DNA of 24,000 bases from Mycobacterium phage Papyrus. The notes below the pieces were generated by a model. The model had not been told where the DNA came from. It made no database searches and worked only from the letters and a program-made list of their open reading frames with translations. Positions 14,990 through 23,834 of this stretch are shown piece after piece (the stretch's first letter is position 1; each line of letters begins with the position of its first letter). Made by a program: the position numbers and the translations under genes. Location: the sequence record KF416342.1. One strand, given 5' to 3'.

Positions 14990-17298
14990 CGAAACCTGTA
15001 CTGTCAGAGCAGGAGACTGAGAAGCTCTTCAAGTTCTGGCTTGCCGAGGGGTTCAAGTTCCGTAGGCGCACTAGCAAAGAGATGCAGGCCGAACCTAAGA
15101 AGTACCAAGAGCGCCTGCGCATGGAATTCGGCGTAATCCGTAGCGTACCAGGGTATATCGACTACTTTCTCATGGTGAGCGACCTGGTGCGTTGGGCCAA
15201 AGACAATGGCATTCTAGTGGGTCCAGGCCGTGGTAGTGCAGCCGGCAGTCTGTGTTGTTGGCTTTTGCGTATCACCGAGATTGACCCACTGCTGTACCCC
15301 ATGCTCTTTGAGCGGTTCCTGGACCCTACGCGTACAGACCCTCCAGATATCGATATCGACTTTGAGGACGAGAGGCGTTGGGAGGTTATTCAATACGCCC
15401 AGGAGAAGTACGGATACGATAGGGTTGCTAACATTCTGACGTTCACCCGGTACAAGGGCAAGAACAGCCTGGATGACGTAGCGCGCGTATACGAAATCCC
15501 AGAGTGGAAGATTGAGAACATCAAGGGTAAGCTCGTGGAGCGGCAAGACGGCCACCCACGGTTTTCCATGACACTGCTTGACACCTTCGATAGCTACGAC
15601 GACGTTGCCGAAACAGTTAGGCGTACACCTGAATTGCAGTACGCGCCACGGCTGGAGGGCATCAACGGGCAGTCCAACTACCGTACGGCCGGTATCCACC
15701 CCGCTGGCATTGTGATCAGTGGCGTACCGTTGACTCAGATTACAGCCACCTACGAAAAGCAGAGTGGTGCCCAGCGCGGAAGCGGCGTTGCGTACGACAA
15801 GAAAGACAGTGAGTACCTAGGTCTTCTGAAGGTTGACTTCCTTAGCCTAACTACGCTTACCGGCATCCGAGCGACATTGGAACACCTACAGTGGGTGCGT
15901 GACCGAATCGGCATGACTATCGAGGAGTTCTACCAGATACCACTAGATGACCCTAAGGTTTTCGAGGCGTTTCGCGCTGGTGACGTGTTGGGCATCTTCC
16001 AGTTTGAGGGTGTGGCAACACGGCGCGTGCTCAAAGGCGTACAGCCAGATAAGTTTATGGACCTGGTAGACGTAAACGCATTGAGCCGCCCTGGTGGCGA
16101 CGATACGGCGTACATCAAGGCCAAGAGCACAGGCCAGCTGCCAGAGCCGGTCCATCCCACAGTTGACGACCATATCCAATGGACCTGGGGCACTATCGTT
16201 TACCAGGAGCAGATTCTTCTAATCCTTAGGGACTTTGGAGGATTCGCGCCGGCTGAGGTCAACCGCATTAGGAAGATCATCTCGGCCAAGGAAGACTCAA
16301 GTGTCTTCAACGAGTTTCTCGAAAGGTTCGTGGAAGGTGCTGCGTCTCACGGCGTTTCACGCGAGAAGGCCGTGGGTGTGTGGCAGAAGATGGTCAACGC
16401 TACAGGGTACGCGTTCAACATCAGTCACGCTGTGTGCTATAGCGATACGGCCTACCGGCAGATGTGGCTTAAGGTGTACTACCCTGAGTTCTACCTAGGG
16501 CAGCTACTCAAGTGCCCCGACACAGCAGAAGGCTTGGAGCGCCGTCGGAAGTTAATCGTGGAGGCCGAACGCAAGGGTATTAAGGTCAATAGCCTGGATT
16601 TGCATGAGTCACAGGCAGGCTGGAGCTTGCGCGGCGGCAGCCTGTACGCTGGCTTTACAGCCGTGAAGGGCATTGGCCTCAAGACCGCTGAGAAGATTGT
16701 CCAGTGGCGTGATGAACACAAAACAGAGGCTCTTGAGTGGTCTAGCCTTACAGCCGTTTCTGGCATTGGTGACGGCAGAGTAAAGGTGATGCGCCAGTTC
16801 GCAGAAGACGATGACCCGTTTGGCGTGCTGGCCACCAAACGCCTACTTGATAGCATACGTAGGGAATTTGAAGCAGGCAAATTTCCTGGTGTTCCAGAGC
16901 CAACACACGTCAGCATCGATATTGTGGAAGAGGATGAGTACGTAGTCTTTATGGGCGTGCTGCGCAAGAAGACCTACAAAGACACTGTGCAGCAGCGTCT
17001 TAAGTACGGGGGAGACGGCCTCACCCGAGAGAAAATCCTAGAGGAGTTAGATGAACCGCACCTACTGAAGTACGCAACCCTGGACGTCGACGACGAGTAC
17101 GACGAGCCAATACGCTTGCGGGTGAGCCGGAAGAAGTACCCACAGTACGCCGGTCTTATCGCCAACGCCCGCGCTGGTGTGGACGTAATCCTGGTGACAG
17201 GCTACGTGACCCACTTTGGAGGCTTGGCCATTCAGGTCAAGGAATTGATCGTAATCAATCCGGAAGAGGATGAAACACAGGATGACTTATCGTTCTGA
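14986..17298 (+). CDS. dnaE (polymerase part): DNA polymerase III alpha, polymerase part (split)
   Basis: YFLMVSDLVRWAKDNGILVGPGRGSAAGSL, PPDIDIDFEDERR, VDLVDVNALSRPGG, GTIVYQEQIL, FNISHAVCYSDTAY. Confidence 0.95.
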   Translation: MTKPVLSEQETEKLFKFWLAEGFKFRRRTSKEMQAEPKKYQERLRMEFGVIRSVPGYIDYFLMVSDLVRWAKDNGILVGPGRGSAAGSLCCWLLRITEIDPLLYPMLFERFLDPTRTDPPDIDIDFEDERRWEVIQYAQEKYGYDRVANILTFTRYKGKNSLDDVARVYEIPEWKIENIKGKLVERQDGHPRFSMTLLDTFDSYDDVAETVRRTPELQYAPRLEGINGQSNYRTAGIHPAGIVISGVPLTQITATYEKQSGAQRGSGVAYDKKDSEYLGLLKVDFLSLTTLTGIRATLEHLQWVRDRIGMTIEEFYQIPLDDPKVFEAFRAGDVLGIFQFEGVATRRVLKGVQPDKFMDLVDVNALSRPGGDDTAYIKAKSTGQLPEPVHPTVDDHIQWTWGTIVYQEQILLILRDFGGFAPAEVNRIRKIISAKEDSSVFNEFLERFVEGAASHGVSREKAVGVWQKMVNATGYAFNISHAVCYSDTAYRQMWLKVYYPEFYLGQLLKCPDTAEGLERRRKLIVEAERKGIKVNSLDLHESQAGWSLRGGSLYAGFTAVKGIGLKTAEKIVQWRDEHKTEALEWSSLTAVSGIGDGRVKVMRQFAEDDDPFGVLATKRLLDSIRREFEAGKFPGVPEPTHVSIDIVEEDEYVVFMGVLRKKTYKDTVQQRLKYGGDGLTREKILEELDEPHLLKYATLDVDDEYDEPIRLRVSRKKYPQYAGLIANARAGVDVILVTGYVTHFGGLAIQVKELIVINPEEDETQDDLSF

Positions 17299-17797
17299 AG
17301 TAGTAGACAAGGCATTTCAGAAGGCCCTTGAGACATTACGCGGCTGGGAGAACGTTCACAGTGCCGTTGTGGACTTTGGCCTGGGGGACAGTGCCTCTCG
17401 AGAGCTGCCCCACGACAAGGTAGTGACAGATAACGTACCGCTTGACGACGGGGCAAACGCTATCGGCAGCTACGTTGTTGGCACGGCACCGGTCCACGAG
17501 ATCGTTGACCCCTTTGACGACCGGATACGGGGTGCTCGTATCTACAAGAGCGAAGGGAAGCATAGGGTCCTATTGGATCTGGACTGCCCACACGTGTACG
17601 TTCCCAGCAGCACACCGGGCCACGGGCACTTGATCATTGATGTGCCACAGGACTGGAACACCTACAAGCGCTTGCTGCAGCTGTTGGGAGACATGGGGAT
17701 TCTTCAGTACGGCTACGTGGACGCCAGCTTCAAGCGGGAGGAAACGTGGCTCCGAGCACCTGGAGTGCCCAAGAGCCAAGGAGGTATGGGCCTGTGA
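17282..17797 (+). CDS. Hypothetical phage protein
   Basis: ORF 17270..17797; ATG 17282 follows ggaagaggatg; LLDLDCPHVYVPSSTPGHGHLIIDVPQDW. Confidence 0.7.
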   Translation: MTYRSEVVDKAFQKALETLRGWENVHSAVVDFGLGDSASRELPHDKVVTDNVPLDDGANAIGSYVVGTAPVHEIVDPFDDRIRGARIYKSEGKHRVLLDLDCPHVYVPSSTPGHGHLIIDVPQDWNTYKRLLQLLGDMGILQYGYVDASFKREETWLRAPGVPKSQGGMGL

Positions 17798-18795
17798 GCG
17801 ATGCAGACACACTCATCAGCACGACCTTGACACACGTCATGAACCAAGGCATGTACATTGCAACCGAGAAAGATTCGTCTTGGGAGCTATGCGACTACCA
17901 AACAGTTCCCATGACTGACATCAGGTCTCGTATCTTCACCAACCCTAACAGGCCATTGAACATCGTGACGGCCGTAGCTCGCTTCACCTGGTTGATGGCG
18001 GGCAACAATCGTGTTGAGGACATAGCGTTTTACGAGCCGAAGGTCCGTAACTTCAGTGACGACAAGCTCACTGTTCCTGGAAGTGATTACGGCCTTAGGA
18101 TCTTCCAGCCACGACCGGGCCTGAACCAGATCGAGGGAGTCGTTGAGCGGCTACGCCATTCACCGTACTCCAGACAGGCAGCTGCGGTTGTGTGGCAACC
18201 GGAAGACGCTGTGCGCCAAAGTGGAGATATCCCTTGCACATTCGGCATGTTCTTCAGGCTCAGGCCCTGCCTTGGGGAGCACGCCTACGCGTTGCACATG
18301 ACCACAGTCATGAGGTCCAATAACGCTTTCCGTATCCTGCCTTTCAACGTGTTTGAGTTCACGATGCTGCACGAGCTGGTGGCTGCTGAACTTGGTGTGG
18401 GCCTAGGGAGCTACAAGGTGTGGGCTGCCTCGATGCACGCGTACGACAACCCACGCGAAACGCCTGCCACGAGGGCGATTGCGGATGGCGAAGTGTCCGA
18501 GAGCATTACGATGGCCCCGATGCCTCAACAAGAGAATTCACCTCTTGGCACAGACCCGTTGGTGTGCGCACGGCACTTGGCCATACTGGAGGCTAGCCTA
18601 CGACACGCCTGTGACGAAGACGAATACGGCAGTATCGTTCTGGAGGCCTTCAATGTGCTGCCCAACTACTGGCTTGACCTGTTCGGCGTGCTGGCGGCCT
18701 GGGGAGCGGCCAAGCGTAACTGGGGACCACAGTACAGCATGATTAGCAACAGCGACATACGGGACCTAACGGCAGCTGTCTGCCAGAAAGTGTAA
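17794..18795 (+). CDS. Thymidylate-synthase-family protein (divergent)
   Basis: GTG 17794; SRQAAAVVWQP, DIPCTFGMFFRLR (Cys), MRSNNAFRILPFNVFEFTMLHELVAAELGVGLGSYKVWAASMHAYDNP. Confidence 0.8.
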   Translation: MSDADTLISTTLTHVMNQGMYIATEKDSSWELCDYQTVPMTDIRSRIFTNPNRPLNIVTAVARFTWLMAGNNRVEDIAFYEPKVRNFSDDKLTVPGSDYGLRIFQPRPGLNQIEGVVERLRHSPYSRQAAAVVWQPEDAVRQSGDIPCTFGMFFRLRPCLGEHAYALHMTTVMRSNNAFRILPFNVFEFTMLHELVAAELGVGLGSYKVWAASMHAYDNPRETPATRAIADGEVSESITMAPMPQQENSPLGTDPLVCARHLAILEASLRHACDEDEYGSIVLEAFNVLPNYWLDLFGVLAAWGAAKRNWGPQYSMISNSDIRDLTAAVCQKV

Positions 18796-18799
18796 GGCC

Positions 18800-19378
18800 A
18801 TGGGACGCAAGACCAAAAAGCAAAAGCAGAGGGCGAAAGCCAAAGCAACGCAGGTACAAACGCCGGCTGCCAAGCCAAAGCCCAAGACCCAGTTTCCTAG
18901 TAACGCTAAGAAACCGTTGCCTGTGGTAAATGGGCCGTCGACGCCCCAGGAAGATGCTGCGGCCAAACTGCAGAAGTTGGCAGAGACTTTGCGTAGTGCC
19001 AGTACAACTTTCGGTGACCCACGGCGAAAGCCTGGCCAGATGCCTCGACAACAACTGAGGCCAGAAGTGGGGAAGTTCAAGAAGGCCAAGCCTTCTGAGT
19101 ACCAGCAGGAGCAGGCTGCGTTGCGACTGCAGGCCCTGCAGAACTTCCTGCACGCCAAGCCCAAGCCGATCCTGAACCAGCTTGAAGAGCTAGGTGTTCG
19201 GATTGTGCCCTTTCAGGCATCGTTCGGGCCGGACGGCATTGAGCAGGCCATGCTGATCCCCATGCGAGACATTGCGCGTGCCGATGCCGAAATCACTAGC
19301 AGAGGTACGCTTTACGATCAACTGTACAGAGGAGAGGACCCAAGCAAGATCACACTGCCAGAACCCAAGAAACCCTAA
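18800..19378 (+). CDS. Hypothetical protein with basic N-terminus
   Basis: MGRKTKKQKQRAKAKATQ... Confidence 0.7.
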   Translation: MGRKTKKQKQRAKAKATQVQTPAAKPKPKTQFPSNAKKPLPVVNGPSTPQEDAAAKLQKLAETLRSASTTFGDPRRKPGQMPRQQLRPEVGKFKKAKPSEYQQEQAALRLQALQNFLHAKPKPILNQLEELGVRIVPFQASFGPDGIEQAMLIPMRDIARADAEITSRGTLYDQLYRGEDPSKITLPEPKKP

Positions 19379-19427
19379 GCAAACCGACACTGCAGGTTCC
19401 AAACCCGGCTGCCCCGTAAGCCGGTGA

Positions 19428-19467
19428 GGGTGAGCGGCACACACCAAGGTTCGAGTCCTTGGCACCC
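19428..19467 (+). ncRNA. tRNA-like minihelix, copy 10
   Basis: gggtg | agcggcacaca | ccaagg-TTCGAGT-ccttgg | caccc; hairpin ggtt-caat-aacc follows (19470-19481). Confidence 0.75.
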
Positions 19468-19501
19468 ACGGTTCAATAACCAAGTAACCCTAGGAGATAC
19501 A

Positions 19502-19963
19502 GTGGCAAATCAGGGGATGTTTCCCACTCCGCACGTCTACGTGGCCTCGAGCTGGCGAAACCAATTCCAACCCAATGTCGTTCAGGCCCTAAGGGTTGCC
19601 GGCTACAGTGTGTACGACTTCAAGAACCCCAACGGTGAGAAGGGGTTTGCGTGGTCGGACATTGTAGACGACAACCACGACAGTGTGTCCACAACCGAGT
19701 ACCTGGACATCATCGCTCACCCCCTGGCAGACAAGGGCTTCCAGCGAGACATGAACGCTCTGTTCGCCTCTGACATTGTGGTGCTGGTGCTGCCGTGCGA
19801 ACGTGACGCTCACCTGGAGTTGGGGTGGGCCGTCGGCGCGGGCAAGCAGACACACATTTTGCTTGACAACCCTTGTAAGGCTAGCCTGATGTACAAGATG
19901 GTGGACTTCATCCACCCGACGCTGGAGGACCTGCTTGTCACCCTAGGGGATGCTGATGCCTGA
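19502..19963 (+). CDS. Nucleoside 2-deoxyribosyltransferase-like protein
   Basis: HVYVASSWRN...VVQALRVAGYSVYDF; MNALFASDIVVLVLPCERDAHLELGWAVGAGKQTHIL; GTG 19502 behind aggaga. Confidence 0.65.
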   Translation: MANQGMFPTPHVYVASSWRNQFQPNVVQALRVAGYSVYDFKNPNGEKGFAWSDIVDDNHDSVSTTEYLDIIAHPLADKGFQRDMNALFASDIVVLVLPCERDAHLELGWAVGAGKQTHILLDNPCKASLMYKMVDFIHPTLEDLLVTLGDADA

Positions 19964-20372
19964 GCAGGAGAAGACCGCCGAACAGCTGGAGGCTGAGGCC
20001 GCTGAGATGCTGGCCAAGGTGGCGGCGCTGAAGGCAAAGAAGAGGGCCAAGACAGGTAAAGCCCCTGTGCGAGAGGGCGATACGCTACGCCGCATCCAGC
20101 AGGACCAGACGGTCAAAAGCGCTACTCTGGCTAAGAGTTTCGGTGGCTACGGTGGCCGCACACTAATCAACAAGATCGAAGAGCAGATGGACCAGCGCCG
20201 GAAAGTCATGGAGTCCATCGTGGTCAAAACCGGCGAAACTAGTAGCAACGCTAACTGGTTGAAAAACAAGCACCGTCGGGAAGGTATGGCAGCAGCGCTG
20301 GCAATCCTTCGCAGTTCCAATGTGGCGCATGAACTTCAGCGCAGCGACGAAAGGTTGGGCATCGATGGCTAA
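19956..20372 (+). CDS. Hypothetical phage protein
   Basis: MPEQEKTAEQLEAEAAEMLAKV...; ATG 19956 (or 19950). Confidence 0.65.
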   Translation: MPEQEKTAEQLEAEAAEMLAKVAALKAKKRAKTGKAPVREGDTLRRIQQDQTVKSATLAKSFGGYGGRTLINKIEEQMDQRRKVMESIVVKTGETSSNANWLKNKHRREGMAAALAILRSSNVAHELQRSDERLGIDG

Positions 20373-20577
20373 GAAGGGTCAAAAGACAACGGTAACGTGT
20401 GTAGGTGGGCCAAAGCACATGCGTACCTTCACATACGGCAAGCCCTATCCAAAGGAGTTGCTGTTCAACGACTTCCAGAAAGGCATCCAAGAGGTGTACT
20501 ACCGGAAGCCAGACAGCACAACGTACCTGTACCAGGGAACCAAGCCCGCGCAGCGAGTGGAGGTTGGAGATGCCTGA
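20365..20577 (+). CDS. Hypothetical small protein
   Basis: ATG 20365 overlaps upstream stop; MAKKGQKTTVTCVGG... Confidence 0.65.
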   Translation: MAKKGQKTTVTCVGGPKHMRTFTYGKPYPKELLFNDFQKGIQEVYYRKPDSTTYLYQGTKPAQRVEVGDA

Positions 20578-20824
20578 CATTCACGGCCGAAAGCTGGTGA
20601 GCGAGACCCACTTTCACGGCACCCAAGAGACGCGGCTGGTGATCAGCCTGGAACTGAAGGTGGACAAGGACGTTCTGGAAGAGCTGCCCAGCTACAAGCG
20701 CAAAGCCATTGCGTGGCTACGGGATACCATCGAAGAGGTGAAGACACCGCAGGGTGTGCTGGCAGCAATCGAAGAGGCTGACGGTGTTTACGTGGTAGAC
20801 ACCACGATTCAGGCCGCAGGCTGA
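20570..20824 (+). CDS. Hypothetical small protein
   Basis: ATG 20570 behind ggag; MPDIHGRKLVSETHFHG..., in ORF track frame 20405. Confidence 0.65.
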   Translation: MPDIHGRKLVSETHFHGTQETRLVISLELKVDKDVLEELPSYKRKAIAWLRDTIEEVKTPQGVLAAIEEADGVYVVDTTIQAAG

Positions 20825-20840
20825 AAGGGGTAGGAAGACT

Positions 20841-21548
20841 ATGTCATACAGGCAGTCCACGGTTGAGCGTCCGGCCGGATACTACGGCCCAATGCGCCGC
20901 GATCTGCGAATCCACTACCCTGACAGGCCCAAGGCAAGGCCGTTGGCAGGCGTAAACCTTACTCGGGTACCGATTCTGGCGTTTGACCCAGGCGGTACCA
21001 CGGGTTGGAGCTTGCTTGTGCTGCCACGGCAGATCAGGGGCCGTGACGTGTTTAGCTACGATCCAGCGACCATACTACGCAACGCCGTTATCTGGGAGCA
21101 CGGTGAGATGGTCACCACTGGTGACGAGGACGCAGCCAGCTTCCAGCTGTTCAAGATGTGCCAGGCGTGGCCAGGGGCCGCAATCGTGGTGGAAGACTTC
21201 ATCTTACGTGTAGAACGAAAGGAGAAGAGCCGAGAGCTGTTGTCCCCGGTGCGCATCACCGCTAAACTTGAAGCGTACCTATGGCGTAACACCGACAGGT
21301 GCATGTTCAAGCAGGATCCATCACAGGCCAAGCGGGTAACGGACGACCGACTGAAAGCGTTGGGAGCCATTGCAGAAGACGGCCTGCCGGACCACGCAAG
21401 AGACGCTGACCGCCACGCGGTGATGTTCATGCGCCGGTGCATTGGCCCGCAGGGTGTCGGCCTGAAGCGTGTGGCTTGGCCAGAGCTGTACGGTGTCATT
21501 GGGGATGAGCCGGTGGACGAGGAAGAGCTGGAGGATGCCAGCGCATGA
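20841..21548 (+). CDS. RuvC-like Holliday junction resolvase/endonuclease
   Basis: ILAFDPGGTTGWSLLVL, AAIVVEDFIL, DHARDADRHAVMFMRRC. Confidence 0.7.
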   Translation: MSYRQSTVERPAGYYGPMRRDLRIHYPDRPKARPLAGVNLTRVPILAFDPGGTTGWSLLVLPRQIRGRDVFSYDPATILRNAVIWEHGEMVTTGDEDAASFQLFKMCQAWPGAAIVVEDFILRVERKEKSRELLSPVRITAKLEAYLWRNTDRCMFKQDPSQAKRVTDDRLKALGAIAEDGLPDHARDADRHAVMFMRRCIGPQGVGLKRVAWPELYGVIGDEPVDEEELEDASA

Positions 21549-21688
21549 GCGAAATCGTAAAGGTAGCTGCCGCTACGCTTTCCGTGGTGGTGATCACGGT
21601 GGTTGGCATTATGGCCATTGTGTTCGCGGACAACGTAGGGCAGCAACCAGATTACCTTCGATGTGAAATGAGCAATAGCAGTGAGTGA
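21545..21688 (+). CDS. 47 aa predicted single-pass membrane protein
   Basis: MSEIVKVAAATLSVVVITVVGIMAIVFADNVGQQPDYLRCEMSNSSE*; overlaps both neighbours. Confidence 0.5.
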   Translation: MSEIVKVAAATLSVVVITVVGIMAIVFADNVGQQPDYLRCEMSNSSE

Positions 21689-21965
21689 CATCCAGATTAT
21701 CATCCCGCTGAGCGTATTGGGCACGGCCTCAAGCCTCGCCCCTGAAGAGATCAGTCGCACGCTCAACAATGCCACAGCGTACCAGCAGGCAGCCGAGCGC
21801 TACCGGGAGCTGGTCAACGTCATGGTCGTTCAGTTCCAAAGTGCCGCTAGGGATTTGCTGCGCATACTGGACGAGGTCGATGACCCCTGGCACAAGGCTC
21901 AGGCGTTGCGACAGCTGGCAACCGACATGCAAGAAGCAGCCCAAAACACTAGGGAGATACCATGA
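21681..21965 (+). CDS. Hypothetical protein
   Basis: GTG 21681; MSDIQIIIPLSVLGTASSLAPEE... Confidence 0.6.
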   Translation: MSDIQIIIPLSVLGTASSLAPEEISRTLNNATAYQQAAERYRELVNVMVVQFQSAARDLLRILDEVDDPWHKAQALRQLATDMQEAAQNTREIP

Positions 21966-22165
21966 GTAACCGAATCACTCGGGACCACAGCTACAAGTTC
22001 ACGGTGTACGGATATCCGAGCGTTGACGAACTAGTGGCAGAGTTGCAAATGGCCAAAGAATCAGTGTCTCCCAACGGAGAGCAGAACACCGTAGATATCC
22101 AAAGCCACAATGCAATAAACCAGCGTGAACGGTCGTACGTTACCATCACCGTTAGGAGAGGCTAG
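21962..22165 (+). CDS. Hypothetical protein
   Basis: 67 aa; ATGA overlap; aggaga SD. Confidence 0.6.
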   Translation: MSNRITRDHSYKFTVYGYPSVDELVAELQMAKESVSPNGEQNTVDIQSHNAINQRERSYVTITVRRG

Positions 22166-22812
22166 TGACCGAAAACCTTACCAGCACACTGGAAGAGCGA
22201 GTGGCCAAGCTTGAGGTCCAGACCGCCAAGCTCAAGCAGTTTGCTCTAATGTTGCTACGGTACAGGGGAGTGCCGGCTGAGCACCTTACGCAAGCATGGC
22301 GAGAGGCGTTCTACAGCAGTGACAAGCCGGTGCCGGAGAAAGAGCTGGGCCTGATGGGCGACATGACCATCATCGAAGGCGAAAGTGCCCCATCGGGATT
22401 CCACAACCTGTTGGAAGCTACGGCCCAGTTCCATAAGCTTGCAGAGGTTCCCATCGATCAGTGGATTGGCACCGAAAGCGGCGAGGGCATGATCAGCTAC
22501 GCCGAGCTGCAGCAGTTGCGTAGTCTGCGTAAGGATTTGCTCCGAGAAGAGGTCAAGGAATACTTCGACGCAGAGGACGGCAATGACCTAATCGAGATTG
22601 TGGACGGCCTGCTGGACATCATCGTGATCGCCTGGGGCACATTGCTTTCCTACGTTGGAGAGGACCGGGCACGCGCTGCAGCACACGAGGTGGCACGCTC
22701 AAACCTGTCCAAAGTTGATGGATCCCTAGGGCCTATCGTTCGCCGCACGGACGGCAAGATCCTCAAGCCGGAAGGCTGGACCGGGCCGGACATCCTGGGA
22801 GCACTGCAGTGA
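22165..22812 (+). CDS. MazG-like nucleotide pyrophosphohydrolase
   Basis: LREEVKEYFDAEDGNDLIEIVDGLLDIIVIAWGTLL...HEVARSNLSKVDGSLGPIVRRTDGKILKPEGWTGPD. Confidence 0.75.
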   Translation: MTENLTSTLEERVAKLEVQTAKLKQFALMLLRYRGVPAEHLTQAWREAFYSSDKPVPEKELGLMGDMTIIEGESAPSGFHNLLEATAQFHKLAEVPIDQWIGTESGEGMISYAELQQLRSLRKDLLREEVKEYFDAEDGNDLIEIVDGLLDIIVIAWGTLLSYVGEDRARAAAHEVARSNLSKVDGSLGPIVRRTDGKILKPEGWTGPDILGALQ

Positions 22813-23150
22813 TTGTTGAGTCCAGCCCTGAATTCCTAGTTACCTGTAATGAGTTCACAATAGAGTGTCGGGTTTGTGGTGAATACGCCAAGGGGATAAC
22901 TCGCAGAGACATGGGCGCGTTCAAAGAACAGCACGAACACAACAATCCCAGCGAGAAATACTACGTACAGCACAGTGCAGACGGTGCAGCCGTGGCCGCT
23001 GTAAAGATGTCTTACGAACAAACTGCAGTGGTGGAAAAGTTCCAAAGAGACGCAGAGCGCAAAGTGGCATGGCGCTTGGAGAATTACGACAAATTCCCTA
23101 CACACGAGGCTTTTGTGGAAGCCTTCAGGAAGGAGTTCCCACATGCCTGA
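22809..23150 (+). CDS. Hypothetical protein
   Basis: 113 aa; start overlaps upstream stop. Confidence 0.6.
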   Translation: MIVESSPEFLVTCNEFTIECRVCGEYAKGITRRDMGAFKEQHEHNNPSEKYYVQHSADGAAVAAVKMSYEQTAVVEKFQRDAERKVAWRLENYDKFPTHEAFVEAFRKEFPHA

Positions 23151-23277
23151 GGGACCTACGCTTGCAGAGCGTTTCAATTCTGTGGCAGACTCGATTGCAG
23201 GGGTGGAGGACGAGTCCACTAGGGAGGCTTTGTATGAGCTGCTGTGGGCACTGAAAGCCCTAGCGTTGCTACTGTAG
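23143..23277 (+). CDS. 44 aa small protein
   Basis: MPEGPTLAERFNSVADSIAGVEDESTREALYELLWALKALALLL*; overlaps upstream stop. Confidence 0.5.
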   Translation: MPEGPTLAERFNSVADSIAGVEDESTREALYELLWALKALALLL

Positions 23278-23289
23278 TCGCCGGCTGAC

Positions 23290-23433
23290 ATGCTCTGTGG
23301 TGCTCTGACCTTAGGAAACACATCATCTGGTGTCGCGCGCGGGCTGCGCACCCCAAAGATGGTGGTGGACATAACCCCTGATCAGCGTAAACTTCGCGAT
23401 CACGTTCTCGCAGGTCAGAGCATCACAGAGCGT
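23290..23433 (+). ncRNA. Long-stem structured RNA upstream of the HNH gene
   Basis: atgctctgtggtgctctgacct (23290-23311) pairs with aggtcagagcatcacagagcgt (23412-23433), 22 bp with two wobbles; inner gatc(a)gcg-taaactt-cgcgatc hairpin. Confidence 0.6.
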
Positions 23434-23495
23434 CAACCTCACGGCCGAACACACGCCGTGCGCAAAATCATCTAGACGAGGATGGCTAGATTCAC

Positions 23496-23834
23496 TTGAA
23501 ACCCAGAGAGATTCCCTACGCACCCAATTACTTTGCCTTAAAAGACGGCACAATCCTAGGGCCACAGGGTGAGCTGACTCCGACACTTGACCGCTATGGC
23601 TATGCGTACGTACATATCACGAGAAATGGTAGGTCCAAACGCTACGCTGTTCACCAACTCATTTTACTAACCTATAGAGGCCCTTGCCCTCCCGGCAAGA
23701 CTCAGTGCAGGCACCTGAACGGTATACCAAGCGACAACCGTCTTCAGAACCTTAAGTGGGGTTCACACGAGGAGAATGAGCTTGACAAACAATGGCACTC
23801 TAAGCATCCCGGGAAAGTGAGACCATGGCGGTGA
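23496..23834 (+). CDS. HNH endonuclease (HNH_3-like)
   Basis: Y-x-YVHITRNGRSKRYAVHQLILLTYRGPCPPGKTQCRHLNGIPSDNRLQNLKWGSHEEN. Confidence 0.87.
   Translation: MKPREIPYAPNYFALKDGTILGPQGELTPTLDRYGYAYVHITRNGRSKRYAVHQLILLTYRGPCPPGKTQCRHLNGIPSDNRLQNLKWGSHEENELDKQWHSKHPGKVRPWR

Noticed and set aside
23290-23475. 61 aa ORF upstream of the HNH gene as a real CDS
   Set aside because: Its start falls in the 5' arm of a 22 bp stem, there is no SD, and both stem arms lie inside it; kept only as unlikely.
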